Virus record (IMG/VR): IMGVR_UViG_3300035145_002886
Origin: a virus
Reading direction: 5' to 3' (one strand)
Length of the DNA: 60,484 nucleotides
The translations under genes and the position numbers were made by a program. Of the stretch, positions 7,594 through 13,981 are shown in pieces. Each line of letters opens with the position of its first letter. Position 1 is the first letter of the stretch. Under the pieces are notes generated by a model that was not told where the DNA came from, ran no database searches, and saw only the letters and a list, made by a program, of their open reading frames with translations.

Positions 7594-7667
7594 AGCCTCT
7601 TGAGGGATTCGAACCCACGACCTGCTGATTACAAATCAGCTGCTCTGGCCAGCTGAGCTAAAGAGGC
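7594..7667 (-). tRNA. tRNA-Thr(UGU)
   Basis: Cloverleaf, loop TT TGT AA. Confidence 0.95.
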
Positions 7668-7742
7668 AAAGGGGGACTTAGAACCTCGGTCTTATGCAAC
7701 CTAGGATTTTCTGCAGCCTGTTCATAGTCCCCAGTAAAATTG

Positions 7743-7815
7743 AGCAGAAGACGAGATTCGAACTCGCAACTTCCAGCTTGGAAGGCTGGCGCTCTACCAA
7801 TTGAGTTACTTCTGC
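7743..7815 (-). tRNA. tRNA-Gly(UCC)
   Basis: Cloverleaf, loop CT TCC AA. Confidence 0.95.
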
Positions 7816-7821
7816 TAATTG

Positions 7822-7903
7822 TGCGGATGGAGGGACTCGAACCCACAAGCCGTGAAGCACTGGTGCCTAAAACCAGCGTGTCTACCAATTTCACCACATC
7901 CGC
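7822..7903 (-). tRNA. tRNA-Leu(UAG)
   Basis: Class II cloverleaf, loop TT TAG GC. Confidence 0.95.
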
Positions 7904-7911
7904 ATAAATTG

Positions 7912-7983
7912 TAGCCCCTAGGAGAATCGAACTCCTCTTTCCAGGATGAAAACCTGGCGTCCTAACCGATAGACGAAGGGGCC
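7912..7983 (-). tRNA. tRNA-Glu(UUC)
   Basis: Cloverleaf, loop TT TTC AT. Confidence 0.95.
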
Positions 7984-7990
7984 ATGGTGC

Positions 7991-8006
7991 CAATATGTCA
8001 AAGAAC
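7991..8006 (-). promoter_or_regulatory. boxA-like antitermination element
   Basis: GTTCTTTGACATATTG just downstream of an early promoter; identical copy at 10894-10909 and variant GTTCTTTACATAA at 11158-11170. Confidence 0.7.
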
Positions 8007-8104
8007 TTCTTCTTTTAATTATATTGCTAATATAAACAAAGTTTTTTAAACCTGAAAATATTTTGCAACTTTTTTTTAACTCTTTTGAGTACACGTCTGA
8101 GTTG

Positions 8105-8176
8105 CGACCCTGGTAGGATTCGAACCTACGACCAATAGATTAACAGTCTACTGCGCTACCGCTGCGCCACAGAGTC
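8105..8176 (-). tRNA. tRNA-Asn(GUU)
   Basis: Cloverleaf, loop CT GTT AA. Confidence 0.95.
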
Positions 8177-8177
8177 T

Positions 8178-8287
8178 TTATGTATAAAATCATAAGATAT
8201 TTGAATCCATTTTTGTGGTTCGTTAAACATATCTTTCCACTTTATTCTTAAAACTTGCCAACCATTTTCAATGGCTAACTTGTCTTT
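8178..8287 (-). pseudogene. C-terminal remnant of a DUF559/Vsr-like endonuclease
   Basis: Frame KDKLAIENGWQVLRIKWKDMFNEPQKWIQISYDFIHK, preceded by an in-frame TAA and with no start codon. Confidence 0.55.
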
Positions 8288-8327
8288 TTAATACTTGTGA
8301 GTATTATATAACCCTTTTCCTAATTGT

Positions 8328-8789
8328 TTATTGAATTGTATCGGAATCTAAGATTACTACGTCTGGAATAACGATCGGTCTTATTTCAATATGGTCCTCC
8401 TGTCCTCTAACTGGCTTTTGAGTATAGCAGTAGATTGGGTGGCCATCCATATCATAGTAAAAGTATTCCTTCGTTGTTGGATCTAAGAATGCCCTATAGA
8501 TACCATTATTTTCATCAACGTATATAATTTTACCTGTTTCCGTGTCCGATCTGAGGCCGATTGAAAAGCTTTTACCTTTATTAGTCCTTGCCTCTTCGTA
8601 ATCTTGAATGTGCTGTTCGATCTTTTCCATTGATTCATTAATTTGTTGGTATTGATGAACCAGTTTATTCAGATCGCTGGCATAATTAATTACAGGGCGC
8701 ACATAGCTAATCAGGGTTATCAGTGCCCCGATTGCAGTGATTACAAAGATCACGTTGCTTGCCTTGTCTTTAAATACTTTAAATGCCAT
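8328..8789 (-). CDS. hypothetical membrane-anchored coiled-coil protein
   Basis: 153 aa with an N-terminal TM segment; GATATATA late motif at 8794-8801. Confidence 0.8.
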   Translation of the reverse strand: MAFKVFKDKASNVIFVITAIGALITLISYVRPVINYASDLNKLVHQYQQINESMEKIEQHIQDYEEARTNKGKSFSIGLRSDTETGKIIYVDENNGIYRAFLDPTTKEYFYYDMDGHPIYCYTQKPVRGQEDHIEIRPIVIPDVVILDSDTIQ

Positions 8790-8811
8790 ACATTATATAT
8801 CATTTAGTTTG

Positions 8812-8885
8812 AGGCGAAGGTTGGATTCGAACCAACGAATAACGGGTTTGCAAGCCGCTCCCTTAGACCGCTTGGGTACTTCGCC
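8812..8885 (-). tRNA. tRNA-Cys(GCA)
   Basis: Cloverleaf, U73, anticodon GCA. Confidence 0.9.
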
Positions 8886-8887
8886 GA

Positions 8888-8965
8888 TGGGGTGACCGAT
8901 CGGGTTTGAACCGACGACCTCCTGAACCACAATCAGGCGCTCTAACCAGCTGAGCTACGGACACC
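8888..8965 (-). tRNA. tRNA-His(GUG)
   Basis: G-1, C73, loop TT GTG GT, encoded CCA. Confidence 0.95.
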
Positions 8966-8969
8966 ATAT

Positions 8970-9046
8970 TGGTTGGAAGGGGCGGGCTCGAACCGCCGAC
9001 CTCTACATTATCAGTGTAGCGCTCTAACCAACTGAGCTACATTCCA
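8970..9046 (-). tRNA. tRNA-Ile(GAU)
   Basis: Cloverleaf, loop CT GAT AA, encoded CCA. Confidence 0.95.
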
Positions 9047-9054
9047 ATCTTTTG

Positions 9055-9127
9055 TCGGGATACCAGGGCTCGAACCTGGGACCTCCACGTCCCAAACGTG
9101 GCGCGCTACCAACTGTGCTACATCCCG
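9055..9127 (-). tRNA. tRNA-Pro(UGG)
   Basis: Cloverleaf, loop TT TGG GA. Confidence 0.95.
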
Positions 9128-9202
9128 TGGTCCGTATTTAGGGATATTTCTTAACCACCTCCTCAGCTCGGCAGCGGACATATCTGTCTCGTCTCGGTGG
9201 TA

Positions 9203-9284
9203 AATACTTCATAGTAGGATTCGAACCTACACCTATTCCTACATTTGCAACTGCGGTGATAGTGCCAACTTTTCCAAAAGTATT
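9203..9284 (-). ncRNA. degenerate tRNA-like RNA
   Basis: AAUACUU/AAGUAUU closing stem and a perfect T arm GUAGG-UUCGAAU-CCUAC; D and anticodon arms are poor. Confidence 0.5.
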
Positions 9285-9286
9285 TG

Positions 9287-9359
9287 TGGTTTCTACTGGA
9301 TTCGAACCAGTGACGCTCGGCTCTTCAGGCCGACGCTCTACCAACTGAGCTAAGAAACC
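9287..9359 (-). tRNA. tRNA-Phe(GAA)
   Basis: Cloverleaf, loop CT GAA GA. Confidence 0.95.
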
Positions 9360-9364
9360 AAACT

Positions 9365-9470
9365 CGTTCTACTGTCAGACTCGAACTGACATCCAGCCTT
9401 TCTGGTACTCTATGTACTATAGAGCAATCGGAGTCGAAACTGATGTGTTGCCTATTACACCAAGTAGAAC
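9365..9470 (-). ncRNA. tRNA-like RNA with 8-bp acceptor, T-loop in the anticodon position and two extra arms
   Basis: GUUCUACU/AGUAGAAC; D arm; AUCAG-UUUCGACU-CCGAU; two hairpins; GUCAG-UUCGAGU-CUGAC. Confidence 0.7.
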
Positions 9471-9474
9471 TTTG

Positions 9475-9548
9475 TACACCAGGAAGGATTCGAACCCTCA
9501 ACCTCCTGATCCGTAGTCAGGTGCTCTATCCAGTTGAGCTACTAGTGT
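9475..9548 (-). tRNA. tRNA-Arg(ACG)
   Basis: Cloverleaf, loop CT ACG GA. Confidence 0.95.
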
Positions 9549-9554
9549 ATTTAG

Positions 9555-9629
9555 TGGCAGGAGTGGGACTCGAACCCACGTCATTCGGCTTATGAGACCG
9601 AGCTGGAACCACCTCCAGTCCATCCTGCT
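9555..9629 (-). tRNA. tRNA-Met(CAU), atypical D arm
   Basis: Loop CT CAT AA, 1:72 mismatch, D arm CTGGA-GGTGGT-TCCAG. Confidence 0.85.
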
Positions 9630-9635
9630 ATATTG

Positions 9636-9710
9636 TGGGAAATATAGGATTCGAACCTATGACCCCTTGCTTGTAAGGCAAGTGCTCTGAACCAACTGAG
9701 CTAATTTCCC
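9636..9710 (-). tRNA. tRNA-Val(UAC)
   Basis: Cloverleaf, loop CT TAC AA. Confidence 0.95.
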
Positions 9711-9713
9711 GTT

Positions 9714-9805
9714 TGCTAGGGCAGGATTCGATACCTGCACGAAATGTCTCCACTCGAGTTGGACATTTTACGGAAGTCCGCGCCTCTATCTTGGGCTACC
9801 TAGCG
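9714..9805 (-). ncRNA. tRNA-like RNA lacking an anticodon loop
   Basis: GCUAGG/CCUAGC acceptor, D arm, GCGG-ACUU-CCGU mini arm, long variable arm AAAUGUC..GACAUUU, T arm GCAGG-UAUCGAAU-CCUGC. Confidence 0.65.
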
Positions 9806-9863
9806 CTTTTGCAAAATTTCTATGGTAGTGGCACCTTTACGCGGCCAATTGCTCTACTTGCGA

Positions 9864-9970
9864 TGGTTGATATGAGAGGATTCGAACCTCTTTACCTCCG
9901 CTCAACTATCCGCTCCGACTTTTACCAGAGAGATAGGAGGAACAGTGTGCCCACTACACTACTATCAATC
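9864..9970 (-). ncRNA. tRNA-like RNA with extended anticodon arm
   Basis: Long acceptor-like stem, D arm GUGU..ACAC, ~45-nt hairpin, T arm AGAGG-UUCGAAU-CCUCU. Confidence 0.6.
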
Positions 9971-10017
9971 GACAGTTTCGAACCTGTCAGTCTTAGGTTA
10001 ATTACTCCTAAGATTTG

Positions 10018-10099
10018 TTGGCAGGGAGGGATTCGAACCCCCGTACTCAATGAGAAAAGATTTACAGTCTTCCGCCTTTAACCACTCGGCCACCTACCA
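10018..10099 (-). tRNA. tRNA-Tyr(GUA)
   Basis: Class II cloverleaf, loop CT GTA AA. Confidence 0.95.
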
Positions 10100-10107
10100 A
10101 TATTTAA

Positions 10108-10196
10108 AAACACAACTCTATCTCCTTTGAGTGTTCAGGGTTGACATTGCCATTTTTCAGGTATTCTTACATATCCGTACTCCCTTAGTTGTGTTT
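10108..10196 (-). ncRNA. 6S-Flavo-like RNA
   Basis: Perfect 10-bp closing stem AAACACAACU/AGUUGUGUUU, with GGGAGUACGG and AACCCUGAAC motifs. The family assignment is from recall and was not searched. Confidence 0.5.
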
Positions 10197-10197
10197 G

Positions 10198-10270
10198 TGA
10201 CCCCTCAGGGGCTCGAACCCTGGACTCCCTCATTAAAAGTGAGGTGCTCTACCAACTGAGCTAAGAGGTC
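10198..10270 (-). tRNA. tRNA-Lys(UUU)
   Basis: Cloverleaf, loop CT TTT AA. Confidence 0.95.
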
Positions 10271-10273
10271 AAT

Positions 10274-10364
10274 ATAGATGAATAGAGGATTCGAACCTCG
10301 CTACAATTTAACTCCATTATAACAACCTGAATCGAACAGGACACGACCAACTCGCTTCATCTAT
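10274..10364 (-). ncRNA. tRNA-like RNA with two T arms
   Basis: 9-bp AUAGAUGAA/UUCAUCUAU; D-like arm; CCUG-UUCGAUU-CAGG; extra arm; GAGG-UUCGAAU-CCUC. Confidence 0.7.
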
Positions 10365-10367
10365 TAG

Positions 10368-10443
10368 TTGCGATTGAGGAATCGAACCTCGGAGGGGAGC
10401 TACCCAATACGTCTCATGAGAACGTCTCTGTACCACCATCGCA
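10368..10443 (-). ncRNA. D-arm-less tRNA-like RNA with CAU anticodon
   Basis: UGCGAU/AUCGCA; ACGUU-CUCAUGA-GACGU; variable arm GGG..CCC; T arm GAGG-UUCGAUU-CCUC. Confidence 0.6.
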
Positions 10444-10453
10444 TTAATATTTT

Positions 10454-10620
10454 ACTTCTAAAACTTCCCATTGGTTTACCCAGAAGGAATCATTCTAAAC
10501 CTTTACTGCAGTTAATCAGTTTAGCCTGGTTGAAGATCACCAATTTCTTACGAGCTTTCTCATCAACTCGGTGGTGAACCGAGCCTAGATACCAATACTA
10601 ACTCTACAACTTTTAGAAGT
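10454..10620 (-). ncRNA. ~165-nt structured RNA, unknown family
   Basis: 10-bp closing stem ACUUCUAAAA/UUUUAGAAGU, internal AUUGGU/ACCAAU and CUCGGU..ACCGAG hairpin. Confidence 0.5.
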
Positions 10621-10713
10621 CTTAAACTAAATTTGAGTTGCAAACGTTGTAGGTCTCTTTGCAAATCTATCCTACCGCTTCTACGTTCCCTTTCGGGCTC
10701 CATTAGTTTAAGA
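10620..10713 (-). ncRNA. ~94-nt structured RNA, unknown family
   Basis: 11-bp closing stem UCUUAAACUAA/UUAGUUUAAGA, CCC-GAAA-GGG and GUAGG..CCUAC. Confidence 0.5.
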
Positions 10714-10718
10714 ATTTG

Positions 10719-10789
10719 TTACCAGGCCTAGATTCGAACTAGGATTTTCTGAGTCAAAGTCAGACGTGCTGCCGTTGCACCACCCGGCA
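10719..10789 (-). tRNA. tRNA-Gln(UUG)
   Basis: Cloverleaf, loop CT TTG AC. Confidence 0.93.
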
Positions 10790-10992
10790 ATTATTAAGAG
10801 AGCCGGTCTCTCTAAGACTTACTTAAGCATATCAGCTGGGCCGTTAGACCAGCGTTCATATCAAAAGTAATATCTGTATTTTCTTAATTTTGCCAATATG
10901 TCAAAGAACTACTTTGTTTTAATTACAGTGCTAATATAAACATTATATTTGACACTGAAAAACTTTTTTCAACTTTTTTTCAAAGTTTTTTG

Positions 10993-11079
10993 CGGAAAGT
11001 AGAGGATTCGAACCTCTGGATCCCTCTCGAGATCAACTCCTTAGCAGGGAGCCACAATCGACCGCTCTGTCAACTTTCC
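10993..11079 (-). tRNA. tRNA-Ser(GCU)
   Basis: Class II cloverleaf, loop CT GCT AA. Confidence 0.95.
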
Positions 11080-11085
11080 AATTTG

Positions 11086-11156
11086 CACGTCCACAAGGAT
11101 TCGAACCCTGATCAACGGTTTTGGAGACCGCTATTCTACCATTGAACTATGGACGT
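11086..11156 (-). tRNA. tRNA-Trp(CCA)
   Basis: Cloverleaf, loop CT CCA AA. Confidence 0.95.
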
Positions 11157-11240
11157 ATTATGTAAAGAACATTGTTTTCTAATTACTATGCTAATATAAA
11201 CATTTTTTTTGAACCGGAAAACTTTTACTAAAAAAAGTTC

Positions 11241-11273
11241 AAAAAAAATGGGTCCCAATTTCTTGGAACCCAT
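11241..11273 (-). terminator. intrinsic terminator (candidate attenuator)
   Basis: AUGGGUUCCAA-GAAA-UUGGGACCCAU followed by a long U tract. Confidence 0.9.
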
Positions 11274-11298
11274 GTCAAATTAAATATGTTAAAATATA

Positions 11299-11394
11299 CT
11301 ACATCTTAACGGCAACACGGGTTCCATTCTGACAAGGACTCCAGTCCTTAGCCTGTTGAGAATAAAACGGAATATGTGTTGCGTTCAGTTGCAT
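11299..11394 (-). CDS. putative 31-aa leader peptide MQLNATHIPFYSQQAKDWSPCQNGTRVAVKM
   Basis: ATG ~25 nt downstream of the GAAAC-N17 promoter (11417-11444); contains a 13-nt complement of the terminator's 5' arm. Confidence 0.65.
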   Translation of the reverse strand: MQLNATHIPFYSQQAKDWSPCQNGTRVAVKM

Positions 11395-11462
11395 TGTTTT
11401 CTAATTTTTAGATAGTATATATAAAGATGTTTTAAAAAAGTTTCAAAAACTTTAGATTTATT

Positions 11463-12071
11463 TTACGACATTGCGTCAACTACTAATGATTTACCTCTAC
11501 GAATTCTGTTCTTCACAGTTTGTAATGGAACATTATGTTTAGAAGCAATATCTTCATATTTCATTTTACCAATCAATCGATCTTCAAGGATGTCACGATA
11601 CATTGGCTTTAAATTGTTAATACATCTTAGAGCGGTATTATATCTGTTCATTAGTTCATTCTCTTCTTCCCAATAGTCAGATTCGGTCATCATGCTTTCA
11701 GAATCTTCTAGCAACATCGCCAAATTTTCATTTAGAGAATTGTTTGAAGTTACCTCCATGCCAAACTCTTCCATTGTACTTAGGCTGTACTTCTTGTTTC
11801 TTTCACGAATGTAACCTAAGCTCTCATTGAATGCAATACGATAAAGCCAAGTTGTAATTTGATATTCTGGCTTGTATTGATCGATTTTAGTCCAAAGTTT
11901 TAGAAGAGTATTTGCTAAGACATCTTCTACTGCTTCGCTATCTTTTAAGATTTTCCATACATAGCTTTTTAGACCTGGGCGAACCTTGTCATAGAGTGCT
12001 TTGTAAGATTTTTCGGTACGATTGTTGTAGAATTCTAGTCCTAGTTGTTTGTAAGATTTTTCTTTGCTCAT
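11463..12071 (-). CDS. ECF-type sigma-70 factor
   Basis: Region 2 VEDVLANTLLKLW...ITTWLYRIAFN and region 4 MKYEDIASKHNVPLQTVKNRIRRG; start moved to MSKEK (12071). Confidence 0.93.
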   Translation of the reverse strand: MSKEKSYKQLGLEFYNNRTEKSYKALYDKVRPGLKSYVWKILKDSEAVEDVLANTLLKLWTKIDQYKPEYQITTWLYRIAFNESLGYIRERNKKYSLSTMEEFGMEVTSNNSLNENLAMLLEDSESMMTESDYWEEENELMNRYNTALRCINNLKPMYRDILEDRLIGKMKYEDIASKHNVPLQTVKNRIRRGKSLVVDAMS

Positions 12072-12088
12072 GTATTTTTTATTAGTTA

Positions 12089-12301
12089 TTATAAAGAATT
12101 TATAGTTAAATAAGTTAAACAATCTTCAACACACTCGTCAATAGTGTCAAACCCGAACCAATTTGTTGTTTTTGTTCCATCAACATCCCAGACATATTTG
12201 TAATAAGTTTCTCCACTTTTTGTTCTTATCACCTTTTCAATCTTAACAACATTTCCTGAGTTGAAGATTGCTCTCATTTTTTCTTCTAATGTAAATTCCA
12301 T
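12089..12301 (-). CDS. hypothetical protein
   Basis: ORF from MEFTLEEK, directly after the early promoter at 12312-12360. Confidence 0.7.
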   Translation of the reverse strand: MEFTLEEKMRAIFNSGNVVKIEKVIRTKSGETYYKYVWDVDGTKTTNWFGFDTIDECVEDCLTYLTINSL

Positions 12302-12380
12302 TTTTTTTATATTTAATATGTACAAATATAATCATTATTTCCTAAACCGGAAACATTTATTGAAAATATTTTTAAAAAAT

Positions 12381-12896
12381 TTACAGATCTTTGAAGATGC
12401 CTAGCATCTTTGATAATTCTTGAGGCTTAAAACTCCACAGATCTGTAGAGACGTTGATCGTCTTTTGCTTTGGGTCAGACTTATATTCTCTATTCGGGTG
12501 TCCAATGATTGACCAGAAGCCATCGCTCTTTTTTGGCCAATCGTTAAGTGGCCAATATGAAATAGTAACTTCCATCTTATGAAGAGGCATAATTTGTCTC
12601 TCAAGTTTAGATCCATTTGATAGCATCTTTTTAGCTGCAAGTTCTGCGACTGGAGTATCATGCTCTCCTGGAATAAACCAAATAGTTCCATTCATTCTTG
12701 AAATAGCATCTTGTGCTGTTTTAGGATCCCATGCAAAATTACCAAGATGATAGACAAGATCGTCTTTACCAACAACTGAATTCCAGTTCTCGATTAACTT
12801 TTCCGTCATCTCATCGACGCTATTAAACGGGCGATCGTAAATTTCTATCGCATTCGGTCTGCCCAACTGTAAGTTTGAAGTTACAAATCTCTTCAT
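12381..12896 (-). CDS. calcineurin-like phosphoesterase fold with degenerate metal ligands
   Basis: TSNLQLG / LGNF / PGEHD / IGH in place of TSDxHxxH / LGDF / GNHD / HGH. Confidence 0.8.
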   Translation of the reverse strand: MKRFVTSNLQLGRPNAIEIYDRPFNSVDEMTEKLIENWNSVVGKDDLVYHLGNFAWDPKTAQDAISRMNGTIWFIPGEHDTPVAELAAKKMLSNGSKLERQIMPLHKMEVTISYWPLNDWPKKSDGFWSIIGHPNREYKSDPKQKTINVSTDLWSFKPQELSKMLGIFKDL

Positions 12897-13435
12897 TAAA
12901 TAGTAATGAACTTAATGTTAAACTGATCCCAAAGAAGTTCAACGAATTCAGTCTCGTTAACTCCTCCCTGGGCATTAAATATCTTTTTGTCTTTTGATGT
13001 GTCAATAAACAGGTAAAGTACAAAATCATAATGTGTTGAATAGATCATTGATTGACCTACTCCAGAACGAAGATCTGAACCCTTATCACCTCTCTTAAAT
13101 TCAATAGCTATTCTAAGACCATTAATTTCAAGAACCATGTCAGGTCTATTCTGAGTCCCCATAAACAGGATGTGGTTGATTGTCGTTTTGACATTACCTT
13201 CCCATTTAAGTGACTTTTGAATCTTCTCTTTTGCCTTTGTTTTTTCAAGACCACCTTCTTCTACCAGGTAGTTAGTAAGAGACTCAACAAGATGAGGATA
13301 GATGAATTGCTTAATCTGATCCTCATTCTTGCTTCGATAGTCTATGACTGTAAATACGTCGTCCTGCGTAATTGATTCAGAAACAAGTTCCAGAAGTTCT
13401 ATTCTCTTCTGACTCTTACTTTTCTGTTTCATCAC
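12896..13435 (-). CDS. PD-(D/E)xK nuclease-family protein
   Basis: RPD...IEFK...GQxxxY motif. Confidence 0.7.
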   Translation of the reverse strand: MMKQKSKSQKRIELLELVSESITQDDVFTVIDYRSKNEDQIKQFIYPHLVESLTNYLVEEGGLEKTKAKEKIQKSLKWEGNVKTTINHILFMGTQNRPDMVLEINGLRIAIEFKRGDKGSDLRSGVGQSMIYSTHYDFVLYLFIDTSKDKKIFNAQGGVNETEFVELLWDQFNIKFITI

Positions 13436-13946
13436 CTAATACTTCTAGTTCAGGCTCTACCTGCTCTGTAGTGTTAGCATTTTCTAGCTCATCAATCTCC
13501 TGATCAATTTCAGAAAGCTGTTGATGAAGTTGGCCAATTTCTTGGTTCATGTCGCTCAATTCCTTCATTGCATCAGTTACCGCTGAACCTACATTAGTAA
13601 GCATCTTAATAAAACGTCTTGCGCTTTCGATTCCGGTTCCTTCTACATTTAAAAGTGCTTGATAAAGACCATTTAATTCATGACCTCTTAGCTTAACAAT
13701 AGCCTCATCATCCGCAGAAAGCTCTCTATACTGATCTTTTAGGCGGTCGTGTAGTGTTACGACTACCGCAGCATTTTGAGTCTTCCAAGTGTAACCTTTG
13801 TTAAGGTGCTCGGTGATGGTCTTAATGTCAGCTCTACTATCAAGCTTGATTTCAAATTGATGTTCTGCTGATTTAATCTGAAGATCTTCAGATTGTGTGT
13901 TGAGAGTTGCTCTCTCTTCTTTTAGTTGTTCGAGTCTGTTGCTCAT
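13416..13946 (-). CDS. coiled-coil hypothetical protein
   Basis: 176 aa with heptad-rich termini. Confidence 0.8.
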   Translation of the reverse strand: MSNRLEQLKEERATLNTQSEDLQIKSAEHQFEIKLDSRADIKTITEHLNKGYTWKTQNAAVVVTLHDRLKDQYRELSADDEAIVKLRGHELNGLYQALLNVEGTGIESARRFIKMLTNVGSAVTDAMKELSDMNQEIGQLHQQLSEIDQEIDELENANTTEQVEPELEVLGDETEK

Positions 13947-13981
13947 ATTTAGAAAAATTAAAATTTAGGTTTTATATATTC

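Noticed and set aside
9365-9470. tRNA-Sec call
   Set aside because: The 8/5 stem geometry fits, but the loop reads UUUCGACU with no UCA anticodon and there are two extra arms.
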